Source of the DNA: Azolla caroliniana
Taxonomy: Eukaryota > Plantae > Polypodiophyta
Direction of reading: 5' to 3'
Length of the DNA: 64,000 bases
Assembly: GCA_043228905.1 (NCBI GenBank)
Contig: JBHGNT010000012.1
Span: 12,338,001-12,402,000 of the forward strand
Shown here: in pieces, positions 12,201 to 24,235 of the stretch
Position numbering within the stretch: the first letter of the stretch is position 1
Layout: each line of letters begins with the position of its first letter
The notes under the pieces: model-generated
What the model was told of the DNA's origin: nothing
Seen by the model: only the letters and a program-made list of their open reading frames with translations
Database searches by the model: none
Made by a program: the position numbers and the translations under genes

Positions 12201-15200
12201 TTTCTCTTGTTTTGGGGGATCATAAGCATAAACCCTAAACCCGTAAGTTTGTTCTAGGTGAATAATGATTCAGCAATTTTTAGCATTAAAAAATTTCATG
12301 TGTGAAGTAAGCACCTGGCATATGAATATGACAGCTACAGCCTCATATAGAGCTGCTCCATCTCGGTTTATATTTGTTCCTAGAGGAATCAGGAATTGCA
12401 CAATGCTTCTCTCACATCCATATTCCTCTCCACATTCCATAGTCACAGGCATGGTTGCAGCACTTGAGGAGGTACTGAAACCCATTATAAGAGCTGGAAG
12501 AAACGACCTACAGCAGACAAGAATACTTCAATCAGATTTGCACAAAACTCATTCTATAATAGGTCAGGCAACAGCATGCATTTTTAACAGAAATAATAGT
12601 CTCAATTATGAAGGATAATCACCAGCATTATTTGCTAATGCAATATAAACTTTGGAAATGCTATCTACTCACTGTAATGCTAAAACTTTTAGATCAGTGA
12701 CCACTAAGGGATGTAGTTTCCTGAAGTGCAAAGTACACTAGATCTTCCTCATTCCAGATCATATAAAATTTTGAGAATCAAAGCTCAACTCGTGTGAACA
12801 TGTGATTATGAAGAAAAGCACAATGTGTGAAAAAGTGCATGAGCACAATTTATTATAATCTGTGTAGTTGTCAAGTGTAAATGTGGTCAATGAATATCAC
12901 ATATTCTTATGATAGAATCGTACTTGAGTGGATATCTTGATTAGATTCCACTAACTGCATTTAATGTGACAGTCCCTTGAGGACTTGTATATAAAACCCC
13001 CTTGGCCCATTGTGTTTTGTTAATGATCTTTGTTGATTAATATAGTTTTCTCTTCAGTGCATAAGCTGTCAACCCCCTATAGTGTATTTTATTATTTCTG
13101 GTTATTTTCTCTGATTCCTCCTCTCGCTCACACATCCACTCTCACACACGCACTACGCACCCACATATTCAACTCTACAAGAGTTAGATTCTTCACATGG
13201 TATCAGAGTGTTGTTGCGGTATTCCGCGTGTACGAGTCGGATCGGGACGGGACCACCGGGGTCTCAAACCAAGGACCCGGTGAAGAGAGAAACGGGGGTG
13301 AGCATATAGGAACTATCCGGCCGGTTGCCGGATTCCGGATAGAAGAGCGCACAGCACACAGGCACGTAACCGATCTAGGGCCTGTCCTCAGATTTGGCTC
13401 GATGAGCACACAGACTCGCCGGATCAGAGAGAGACCCACACACACATGACGATGCTGGGAGGTAGTGATACCTCCCGGTGACAGTGAACGAGGCCCGTAT
13501 CGGGAAACAACACGCCACAAGAGCAGAAGACACAGAAGAGGACCAGGAGACAGCAAAACAACGATGATTAACAGAGCAGAATAAAGAGAGAGAATACAAC
13601 CGGACTCGGCCGGTGACAGAGCTTCGAACTTTGCACACACACACACGCACACACACACTGAACGATGAGCCTCTGGTCGGGAGCACACGGGCTTCCTACG
13701 CGAGGAAAGGGCTCACCTTCCTTCTGAATCAGTACAGAGCAAAACAGGGAGAACGACAGAGCTCGGGATCTCAAACCTACAACACTTCTCCCTCCAAAAC
13801 GATGGAACCCGATTTAGATCCATTCCTCCCCTTTTATAGCACAAGGGGAGGACGGTTACATCCGCATTGATGACAACCATTCCTGCCAGCAATCCCTCCC
13901 ACGATTTACTCCCGTCATATCCTATTATTCCCTTCTTTTTGTGGGATCCATAAAGGACCGAATAAACTATCTTTGTCTAGTACAGTCTTGTACTTTGTGT
14001 CGACTCGGGCAGTCCGACCCGACCCAACCGACCTTTCGAACTCTACGATGACCTCGTACATCTCGATTGAATAAACCGGAATCGTCTGGTTTTCGCTCAG
14101 GCCTTCTTCAATCTCCCCGAGAGTGTCGTCGAATGAGAACCACCTCCACAACGCCACTGATCTCGTTGTCGGGGCCCAAGGCCCAAGGCTCCGCGTGCCT
14201 TCAAACGCCTTTCGACTTGGCCGACAATACCAACTATTGTACCTCCTCCATTTTCGGAGAGCCAAAACTTCCTACCTAATGTACAAGTGTGAGGATTCTT
14301 CCAGTTGTCCGGACTATCGCGGCCCCACGCCTTGATAGCCCTCTCTAAAAATCCTCTCGGCACTTGGTGCTGAGGGAGTCCCGATTCCTCTCATGGTTCG
14401 GCCAAACCGTCAGAAATTGGACGAAGTGACGACCATCCTAGCTCTTCACTCGCGCATAAGTTGACCCGTTGTCCAGCACCTTCATCTCCATGCGAGCAGC
14501 TGTAATGTAAGGTTCATCGAGAATGACCGGTTGGGAAGACGACTCCTGAACAAAGAAATGTTGGTCGATCTCGACGTCACCAACCTTCACTCGGACGTTT
14601 GGACATGCCCCGTGAAGCTCCTTTGTGGCGCGGGTCGCTGCGCGTATCTTCCAATCGTGCTTTGTGTTGATCGGCCACTTACGCTTCTTGTGGAAGTCCA
14701 TGGACATCAAGTTGATCTTAGATCCATGGTTGATCAATGCTACTACTGGCTCCTTTACGTCACCGATCCGGACCAGTGTCCCCGTCGTAGCCCTCGCCCA
14801 ATGCGGCCTCATGTAGTGGTTGTCGGCAAATTCATCCTCCACTGCCACCTCATCGATATGGGCCGCCTTTACCTCGACTGGCTTCTCCGGTTCCAGCTCC
14901 GTCGAGAGCCACTTCCTCTTCACGAGGTCAATGATCGAGTTGTGGAACTCCTTGGCGATGCCAACACTTCCCTCGGCGAAAGTTCCACCTGGCTGTCGAG
15001 GACCCGGTCCTCTAAGACCTTCCGCAGGTCTGTTGTCTTTTCAATCTCCAAGCTCAGCAGGAAGCTCGAGAACTTCACCTTCTCTTTCTCCTGTTGGTCA
15101 ACTGACCCAACATCAGTCTTCCTTGGGCCGCTCCGGGTGTCGTACCAGTTTGAAGGACCGGCCCCTCCAACCTTCCCGACACACTTATCTTCAACCAGAA

Positions 15201-16848
15201 CCTCGTAGTTCTTGCAAAGCCGCTTCCACAAAGCCGGTTTGCTCCTTCACCAGATCATTCCATCCGGTGACCTCCTTCTGTAGCTTCTTCCTGGAGAAGA
15301 ATTCAAGCACCACCGGCCAAAATCCGGTCTCGGTTCAAGAGCCGGCACCCTTCTCTCCCCCTATTCAGAATGGTCTTCGCATGCCTTTTCATTCCGCCCC
15401 GGCCGGTGTTTATTTCCAGGGGCCTCCACGTCTCGCTTGCGTGTACCCGGCTGTTCCAAAGGTACACCACGTTATTCTTAAGCGCCTCAGCAAAGTCGAC
15501 GCAGTCCCTCCGGATATGGCCGACGCCGTTGCACCACATGTACCTTAGGTCATTCGACGGGCGTAGATCACGCGACTGACCCCCGCCATCTCTTCAAGCT
15601 TGTGCGATCTACAGATCGCGTACCATCTTCGTCAACTCCTCAAAAGCTGCACCACCGGATGGTCCCTCGACCATGTTCAGGACCGGGCCTGACTTGAGCT
15701 GCATTCTTGTCTCTTCCGACCGAGTCGGAATCTCCTCCGACCTCTTCCCGGCAGTCGGGGCCAACTGTCGACGACCCTGCGTCGTTCCATTTGCGCCGTC
15801 TATCCAAACGGCTACAAACCCTTTTGACCACGGCCCAATCAGCCATGAGCCCTTCATTTGTCTCCAAGAGGAGACCAACCTTCTCTCGATCAAGTAGATC
15901 GACCGACTTGAAAAATAATAGGTCCTTGCTCGTATCAAGCACGGTCCAGTCTAACACCGAGAGTCAAACAAATCGTTTTTCAAACTCCTGGAGGAGCACC
16001 GATGTATTCCTCGCTTTTCTGGGGCTCTCGACCCACTCCATTAACTCCCTGTTCGACAACCGGAGCAAGTCGTCGAAGCCGAACCTCTCGACGAGCCGTC
16101 CCTCGAACTCCGACCAGTTCTGAGAGTCGGCTTGAACCTCGAGCACTTCCGTGTGGATGCTCGGCATTACGACCCATGTGAATCCGGACAGCCGTCCGTC
16201 CTCTGGGATGTCCATCATTTCGGCCCTGTAGACCTCCAAGTAGCTTGTCACATCATTTCCATTAAATCGGCCTATCGTGTCGACTATCGTATCTATGACC
16301 CTGTCGAAGCCACCCACGCCCTCCCGAGCATTTACTAGGCGGTCAATGGCCACCGCCATTGCTTCCGCAAGTTCACTTCCCCTCATCTTGAACTCCTTTG
16401 TCACCCCTTTCACGTCAGGTTCACCAAAGATGTCGCAATATTCCACGTGTACGAGTCAAATCGGGGCACGACGACCGGGGTCTCTAACCAAGGAGCCGAT
16501 GAAGAGAGAAAAGAGGGCGAGCATATAGGAACTATCTGGTATGGTTGCCGGATTTAGGATAGAAGAGCGCACGGCACACGGTCACGTAACTAATCCAAGG
16601 CATTTCGCCGGATTCGGCTCGATGAGCACACAAACTCAATGGATTACACACACACACACACACACGAAGATGCTGGGAGGAAGTGATACCTCCCGGTGAC
16701 AGCAGTCGAGGCCCATATCGGGAAACAACACGCGACAAGCGCAGAAGACACAGAAGAGGACTAGGAGACAACAAAACAATGATGATTAACAGAGCAGAAT
16801 AAAGAGAGAGAATACAACCAGACTCGGCCGGTGATAGAGCTTCAAGCT

Positions 16849-16890
<42 letters not shown>

Positions 16891-19800
16891 CGATGAGCCT
16901 CTGGTCAGGAGTGCATGGGCTTCCTACGCGAGTAGAGGCCTCACCTTCCTTCCGAATCAGTACAAAGCGAAACAGGGAGAACGATAGAGCTCGGGATCTC
17001 AAACCTAGAACACTTCTCCCTCCAAAATGATGGATCCCGATTTAGATCCGTTCCTCCCCTTTTATAGCACAAGGCGAGGACAGTTACATCCGCATCGATG
17101 ACAACAGTTCCTGTCAACAATCCCTCCCACGATTTACTCTCCTCATATCCTATTATTCCCCTCTTTTTGTGGGATCCTTACAAAACCGAATAAACTATCT
17201 TTGTCTAGTACTTATTAGACCTTGGTATTTACATATATGTTTTATGTACATAAACCCTAGTTCGCGTGCATCATTGCGCACTCCCGTTCACACGCATCCA
17301 GCTCTCCTTTCTCCAATGGCTGGAAATCTTCACGACAACGTGAGAGTTAGAGATCCCTCACCGAGCTCTACCATTGAAATTGTGTCAGCAATTAGAGATG
17401 CTGCTTCAAATCGGCTATCATCGATGTAGTGTTACTGCACAACAAGAGGTTCACATCAAGAGCATAGGAATCAAGCTAAATCAGAAAGATGAATGCACAG
17501 ATGGGTAGCGCACTTCCAATAGAGAAGTTGAACAGGCACATATACCTTTGAATAGCAGTCGGTGCAGCTCACCTTTGAAGTGAGATCCAAAAGTTCTAAA
17601 CTTATGTTTTATATGTCCCATTTAGGGTTGGCCAAGTTCACACTAAACTCGGCCCGAAGTTAAAGAATAAGTGATAAGTGACTTTTGGCCTTTATAATTA
17701 TGCCTATACACATGTATACAATATAAGGGGGTCATTTAAGGCCTTTACCGCAACAACCTCCCACTTAAAGGTATAAACGATGCCATTAAGCCAAGTAACT
17801 TCCACCATTTATATACATATATGTATGATGTTGTGCTTTGGGTAAGCACTTGGTGAGTACATTTGCAGGGTTCTGTGATGTGTGGACCTTTATCAATGTG
17901 ATAAGGCCATTTTCAAGTACTTCTCGAATGAAGTGATATCGCACATCAATATGTTTTGAGCATGCATGAAACAGAGCATTTTTTGCCAAACAAATGGTAC
18001 TCTGGCTACCACAACCAAACATAGGTGCCTTTCTGGCAAACCAAACTCATTGCAAAGACATGCTAACCATATTGCTTCCTTCGAAGCCTCAGTGGCTGAA
18101 ATATATTCAGCCTCGGTAGTGGACAAAGCAACAACCTTTAGCAACCTATTGCACCATTATATAGCACCACCTGCAAGTGTAAATACATAGCTACTTGTGG
18201 ATTTCCGTGTATCCACATCACCTACCATGTCAGAGTCACAAAAACCCTTCAGTTCTTATGGGTCCTTTCCATAGCAAAGGCATCTCTCAAAGAGAATTCT
18301 ATGACAATGCATGTCCATTTGACCCACAAAAAGCAAGCTCTTCTTGATCCCTGGTACATAACGCACAATATGCAAAACCAGCTCATTAGTGCCATTTGTA
18401 GAAAAATGCATTGTGCCAATACCCTGAATGGAACATGCATGATTGGTTCCAAGGTATACATGACCATGGCTGCCTATAATAAAAGTAGAAAAACACTCCT
18501 TTATAGGAGTCACATGAAATGAAGCACCAGAGTCAGCTATCCATGTTTGGGCCAACGCATCATTCACAGTCAGCAAAGCATCAATAAGATCATTCTTAGT
18601 GATGCACATGCCCCATGAATGAACATTTAGAGAGGCCTCATATGTATAAGTATCAACAACTGAAAACGTAGCACATAAAATGTCCTCAACAACTGACAAC
18701 TCCTCTATGACTACATTAGAGGCCAAGTTCGGAATGACCAAGTGTAAGTCCATCTTGACACCCCTTGATCCAAATATGAAGTTAAGTGTAGATTCTGGCA
18801 ATTTCTGCAAGCTGATGCAATATTTGCCAAATAATTAGGAGTCTTATCTACTTAACTATCACAAATCAAGTAAATAGAAGCAATGGAAAAACCATGGTCC
18901 AGCAATTCGAGCAACTGCAACCGAGTCTTCAAGTACACCAAGACAACCAAGCTTAAGAGGACACACAATTGACCTTGAGGGGACATGTTGAGAATCAAGC
19001 TTCCACTCTACACATGCACTACGGTTCCACATACTCAACTCTAAGAGAGTTAGATTCTTTTCAGAAATCATACCAATGTTTTAACCAATTTTATAGATTA
19101 GGGTAGAGCACATGTAAGTTTGTAAGTACAGTTATTTGATGTTTTAAATCTGTTTCTAATCAGCCTTATCCTTACGTTGCCACATTCATTAGTGAAATGG
19201 ACATAGAGAATTAGACTTCCTATTTTTTGCAACACTCTGAGATAGATAAATTTTAACAGACCTGAAAATCTGAATGGGATTTTGTCGTGAAAGGAGGAAC
19301 ACTGTAAGGGGAAGGATGATGGTAGAATGAATGAGGAAGCCAGTGAGAACTGTTATAATGTACAAACCCAAGGACCTAAACAGAAGGCCAATACTGCATG
19401 CGTTCAAAATTGTCTTAGCAATCAAAGATGCGACACCTACTGGAGTAAATAGAATCACTGCAAACACCTGGCCATTACAGAGATATCCAAAGCTTCAAAA
19501 AAACTTACAAGGAACAAGAATTTACACATAGATAGGATCACCGAGCAGATACCACTCACAATTTTCATTATGGCCTCATTGAAGACATCAATCAGCTGAA
19601 CTGCAGGCTCTGCTTTATCACCTGCATACTTCTCATCGTAAATTTTCAACCTTGAAATTAAATCATCATGATGTTACTATACCTATATTTCATGGCTTAA
19701 AACTCCCTTTTCACTGCTCTTACATGGTACATAAAATGTAAACTGTGGTCATTTCAACAAAGAACTGGAAAGCACAACACAGAATGGAAATCAAGTCTGT

Positions 19801-20841
19801 TAGACAGAAGATGCAACTACAAGCACATGAATAGCAAGTGATTTTATTTACCAAGGGTGTTTAGTGTAAAAGCAAAGATGATAGAGAACGTAATGACTCC
19901 CAGAAAGTTGGAGGATGATGCAGCAGAAATGATGTTGGTTGGAATGACAGCTCTCCCAACATTCAGTAGTGATTCCACAGTCGAGCTATCAGCAGTACTT
20001 GATGAGGTAGACCTGCTATACTAGAGTTGACAATGAGTAACTGTGCCAACTTTTCAGTATATTCAAAAGAAAATCCTTTTAGCATGACTATGAAGTCTTT
20101 TTTTCCAAAGCTCATGACTCTTTTCTGGAGAAGTTCACAAATTAGAGCTTCCATGTCCTATTGGCCATGAGAACACATGCAATGATGGATCATTCATAGC
20201 TGACGATAGCATGCCTACTGATAAATATGAACATGGCATGCAAGAAAGCTAGAGTTATACGTCGTGTTTCCACTGGTGCAGCTGGATATCCCGCTCGTGT
20301 CAAAAGGTGCTCCTCTGCCAGGTCTTATAGAGTACACAAGAACTATACCCAAGCCAACTGCGAGGAGCATCGAAAATAAATAGTACAGAAGTGACCATTT
20401 TGTTATCCGTCCAGTCCTTTATCCACGAAAGAAGCAAAAAACAGTATAAGATCTCAGGCTAAAGAGTTGCTAGACAATTTCCCTTGGAAACATTGTTCTT
20501 ACCCATCAGTACTGCTTCTTAGGCGGAAAACCCCACTCATCAAAGCCATAACTATCAATGGCAAAACAAGTTCTTGCAATGCCCGAATCATAAGTTCTCC
20601 AGGATAACCTGCCATCGAGCTTGCATCATGGAATTCTCACAGCCACACTGGTGTAATATTAAGGAATCTAGATTACAAATAAACCAAATAGTGTACAGAT
20701 ACCTATGAGTTCTATAGTCAGGTCTGAACAACTTGAATTATACAGAGCACTGCCTAGCCCAATTCCAGCAGCAACCCCTAGTAAAGTCCACCATAGCAGA
20801 AAATCTTTCTTGAACAACCTTCTCTGGATCGCTCCAAGCAT
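9259..20841 (-). CDS. SLC1/DAACS (dicarboxylate/amino acid:cation symporter, EAAT/GltPh fold) gene, 10 exons, about 448 aa
   Basis: Exons (minus): 20841-20703, 20608-20503, 20416-20261, 20012-19852, 19621-19560, 19467-19262, 12507-12315, 9767-9645, 9568-9398, 9288-9259. All GT-AG with consistent phases (1347 nt). Motifs: YPGELMIRALQELVLPLIV, IPTNI, HP1 FSTSSSAATMP, TM7 GTNINRDGAALYEA, HP2 AIGSASIP, TM8 AVDWLIGMFRTSVNIWGD. The start codon and last exon are the least certain parts. Confidence 0.88.
9398..9568 (-). CDS. SLC1 exon 9 (TM8)
   Basis: AVSL...LYAVDWLIGMFRTSVNIWGDACACVIV...|gtaagt. Confidence 0.88.
9645..9767 (-). CDS. SLC1 exon 8 (HP2)
   Basis: ANGLSLSVGNIIVVAISATLAAIGSASIPNSALVSLVTVLQ. 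Confidence 0.9.
10100..12060. mobile_element. Highly degraded Ty1/Copia remnants in SLC1 intron 7
   Basis: PPT-like ctcccc after aaca near 10361; RNase H-like S.EA.Y...AKEA remnant near 11840-11890; an opposite-strand copy of the same segment near 10830. Confidence 0.45.
12315..12507 (-). CDS. SLC1 exon 7 (HP1, TM7)
   Basis: FSTSSSAATMP...LGTNINRDGAALYEAVAVIFICQ|gt. Confidence 0.9.
13212..17212 (-). mobile_element. Truncated tRNA-Trp-primed Ty3/Gypsy element (LTR-gag-protease-LTR)
   Basis: Direct repeats 13212-13984 and 16431-17212; PBS tggtgaacctgacgtga next to 16431; gag fragments 15964-16446 and 15640-15957; zinc knuckle C.WC...GH.R.DC; protease ALINHGSKINLM; no RT or INT. Confidence 0.85.
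17600..18700 (-). mobile_element. Internally deleted Ty1/Copia fragment (protease joined to RNase H, PPT, LTR start)
   Basis: TWIADSGASFHVT (18256-18810 ORF); VALSTTEAEY and SKHIDVRYHFIRE (17786-18144); PPT/LTR boundary near 17750-17765. Confidence 0.7.
19262..19467 (-). CDS. SLC1 exon 6 (TM5-TM6)
   Basis: VFAVILFTPVGVASLIAKTI...LGLYIITVLTGFLIHSTIILPL...NP. Confidence 0.88.
19560..19621 (-). CDS. SLC1 exon 5
   Basis: cag|GDKAEPAVQLIDVFNEAIMKI|gtgagt. Confidence 0.85.
19852..20012 (-). CDS. SLC1 exon 4 (TM4)
   Basis: ESLLNVGRAVIPTNIISAASSSNFLGVITFSIIFAFTL. Confidence 0.87.
20261..20416 (-). CDS. SLC1 exon 3 (TM3)
   Basis: TGRITKWSLLYYLFSMLLAVGLGIVLVYSIRPG. Confidence 0.85.
20503..20608 (-). 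CDS. SLC1 exon 2 (TM2)
   Basis: cag|G YPGELMIRALQELVLPLIVMALMSGV...|gtaag. Confidence 0.88.
20703..20841 (-). CDS. SLC1 exon 1 (TM1)
   Basis: MLGAIQRRLFKKDFLLWWTLLGVAAGIGLG...IG|gt. Confidence 0.78.
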
Positions 20842-22022
20842 TTTGGCCTCAATTATTATGATGGCAAATAAGTATCCTCTGTTATATTGCAACAATCGGA
20901 GCAACTGAAGTTATTAGGTGCAAAATCCAGGGCCTGCGGATGAAAAACGCGTCTTTTCTAATCTCTTTATCTTCTTCTAATCTATCTGAAATGCAAAGAA
21001 AGAGAGGGTAAGCAAATACGTAGTACATATTATAACATGTTAGATAAATATAAGTGGCATGTTCGACGACTCTCATACTAAGCACTTGCATTATGAGCTG
21101 AAATTAAACAGGAAGAGTGGGTGGGTAGCTACTAGCAAGTGCAATTGTAACGTGGGACAGTAAGATAATCATCATCAGATTCATCCATGCCATGCCATTA
21201 CACACACACACATTAAACAAATATGTTATGTATGTATGTATGTATGTATATATACCTCCTGTTTTTCTAATAATTCTGTGAGTCAAGGTGGGGGTCGACG
21301 TCGCATCAGCAGAGTGAGAAACCAACGTCATCTCTTCTTAATCGCCACGTCCTCGTCCTCATCCTCATCTTCACAAACCTCTTCTCCTTCTCCTTCTCCT
21401 TCTCCTTCTCCCCTCTTTCTTCCTCCCCAAACATGCATACATATATATATGTACGATACATACATACATATTTGTTTGAGGTTAACGTTTATTCCCTTTA
21501 CCTTGCATGCACGTATTGTATGTGTGTACATATAATGTAACATCTCTTTACATTTCTATGTATGTAGTGTTGTAAGTACGTCTAGACGTAAAAGAATTGT
21601 TACACATAAAGTAGGTGTGATGGCTCATAAGATGTCATGCCTACCAAGTGGTTGACAGGTTGTGAGACTCTTGGGATTTCAAAATTATGAGAAGTCACTT
21701 ACATTCTACGGTCGAGAATGATCGCACTGCGATGGCTCGCACATCAAAAACATTGGTGGCTCACACAATAGGAGCACCGAATGAGCGGGCTCAGTTTACC
21801 TCTGACCATTTAATATTTCCAACCATTGAAGGCGGTGTTTCAACTCATAACAACTTTAGTGCATTGGACGACACCGGCGCACTTCTCCAGTTAGAGGGAG
21901 TGGTTCTAGAAACACTACTGGATAAGATTAGGCATAGCCAATCGAATCAAGGCAGCCCCAACCGGCAAACACAAGAGCTATGTTACAACAGACGACAGAC
22001 ATGGAGGTGTTGAAAACAAAGA

Positions 22023-22067
<45 letters not shown>

Positions 22068-22421
22068 GTGGTTCCTCTCTACTAAATGTAGAGTAGAGAG
22101 GCGTGTATTTTAGTTTTATAGGACAAATGTGCCCTTTACAAAAGTAATTGTTCGTAAAAGTCATAACTATTTATTTTTATAATTTAGTTATTATTAATTT
22201 GTATTATTTTTTCTAATAATTTCCAACACTCCCCCCTAAGAAAAATAATCAAATTTTCATATCTTTGTCTTTAGTGTTGGTGAGGTTGAGAAGACCAATG
22301 TTCTTGCAACATTGTACGTGTTTATGGTTTGGCACTGACTTTGTTAAGAAGTCTACCCACATGGAGGTTGATGGAGTGAACTTTAAATTTATTTCTTCTC
22401 TTCAATTAGATCCCTTAGAAA

Positions 22422-23105
22422 TGTTGGGAGACAGGTCCCTCCGGATGGGAAGGGAGAAGAACAGTGCTGATAAGCAAACTCGGTCGGATAAGGAGTACCC
22501 GGCTACGGAGAGCCGGATGGTGCAGACCTGGTGAGAACCGGATGAGGAGTACCCGGCTACGGAGAGCCGGATGGTGCAGACCCGGTGAGAACCGGATGAG
22601 GAGTACCCGGCTACGGAGAGCCAGATGGTGCAGACCCGGTGAGGAGTGCTCACCGGATGAAGAGACATATTCGTAAATATGTTTTCTGAGAGTCCATCAT
22701 GGCTATATTTGTAAATAGCCAAAAAGTCATATTAGTATAAATATGACTTAGGGCAAACTTTTAGTGGTGGTTGTCATTCTTGTTGGTGCAAGGAGAAAGA
22801 GAGTGCGTAACTGTGTATAGAGTGAGAGAGAAAGAGGTCATTGCCTCTGTTGTAACCGCCGCCTGTGGCGAGGATCGTGAGCACGAGGTCGTTGCCTCCG
22901 TGAACTCACTGTTGTACATTCTAACATAGCGATAGTTTGCAGCCTGTGGGCTGCCGTGGTTTTTCCCTTAGTTTGGGTTTTCCACGTAAACATCCTGCGT
23001 ACTCGTCTCTTCTTCGTGTCGTTCATTATTTCCCGTTTTTCTGTGTATGATTCTAAGCTCGGTTGTGGCCGAGCGTTGCGTATACGGAGCGTGCAGTTCC
23101 CGACA
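22422..23105 (+). mobile_element. Solo LTR (Tork/Tnt1-like Copia family) with internal 54-bp tandem repeats
   Basis: tgttggg...cccgaca, TSD AGAAA on both sides; start resembles the LTRs at 32875 and 36614; about three 54-bp repeats at 22485-22660. Confidence 0.88.
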
Positions 23106-23799
23106 AGAAAATGGTGCTTGAATGATATATGTCTTATATTGTTGCTCATTCATGGATTGATTGCAAGCTTTATATAGGATTGATTGTCGCAATAAATTTC
23201 AATTGGTTTATCTTCAGCAAGATTAATTTCCTCCAATATAGGTTTCAACTAGATTCCTTCTTTTGCAGCTAGAGTGGCAGCAACATATTCTGCTTTTGTT
23301 GAAGATAGTGAAACTATGGCTTGTTTCTTCGATCTCCATACGATTGCTCCTCTAGCAAAGGTGTAAACGTAGCCACTTGTAGATTTTCAGTCATCCACAT
23401 CCCCCCCCCCCCAGTCAGAATCGTTCCAACCATAAAGGGCAGTTGAGGGGTTTGCCCATCCGCACAATTTTGGTTGGATCGAGTCCGAATGTGTGGATTG
23501 ATAAGTAAGACACAAGTGTTTAGTATGTTTAAGATATCTAAGAATTCTTTTAAGTGCTTGCCAATGTTTAGGACCAGGGTTAGTCATAAAGCGTGATAGT
23601 AATCCAATGCTAAAACATAGATCTGGTCTGGTGCTACTGACTAGATATTGTATGAACCCTATTACTTGTCTGTAGGGAATGTTTTTCATTTCGGTTTCCT
23701 CTATGGGTGATTTTGGGCTATCTTCAATGGAAAACTTAAGAGATGGGTTTGTAGTGTTCCATGTCAAAACATTTTAGAATATTATCAATGTACCGAGAT

Positions 23800-24235
23800 T
23801 AACAATCGGCAACAGTTCGGTTTGAACCGAACCGAACCGTGAAACCGCGGTTTAACGGTTTCAACGGTTCGGTTCAGGTTTGGGATTTTTTAAATGGTTC
23901 GATTCGGTTTCAACAGTTAAAAGCCGCGGTTAAACGGTTTAATGGTTTTTTATTTTTGATTTTTTTTAAAAATTGCAAAAAATTTTAAAAATTGTTTTTA
24001 AACAATCTTGTCATTTTTAGACCTTATTCTCACATTTTAGGAACATCTTTAAAATTTTAAAAATTTTAAAAAAGGAAATATTATAAAATTTTAAAAATTA
24101 AAAATTTGGCCTATGTTGAAAACCGAAAACGCGGTTTTTATGGTTTAATCGTTTGAAAAATGGTTAACGGTTCGGTTTAACGGTTCAGTTTGGTTTGGAC
24201 CCTCTCAAACCGAACCGAACTGTTGCCGATTGTTA
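23800..24235. mobile_element. hAT-type MITE inserted in the Copia RT
   Basis: TIR taacaatcggcaacagttcggtt / aaccgaactgttgccgattgtta; 8-bp TSD ACCGAGAT/ACTGAGAT; subterminal AACCG/CGGTT repeats; AT-rich core. Confidence 0.87.

Larger units (their letters stand above)
12769..19063 (+). mobile_element. Old Ty1/Copia element in SLC1 intron 6, host to nested insertions
   Basis: 5' LTR about 12769-13197 ending gagttagattcttcaca, then PBS tggtatcagag (tRNA-Met). RT remnant near 18720-18860; PPT ttgaggggaca; internally deleted 3' LTR 18986-19063 sharing both ends (tgagaatcaa..., gagttagattctt.ca). Confidence 0.65.

Noticed and set aside
13030-13870. ORFs of 70-160 aa in the LTRs at 13.2-14.0 kb and 16.5-17.2 kb
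   Set aside because: Frames are not conserved between the two LTR copies and run through (CA)n repeats.
20882-21331. Extra coding exons or a spliced uORF upstream of SLC1 (donor near 21255, acceptor near 20986)
   Set aside because: The spliced frame stops at 20882 before the main ATG; plausible 5' UTR structure but unsupported without transcripts.
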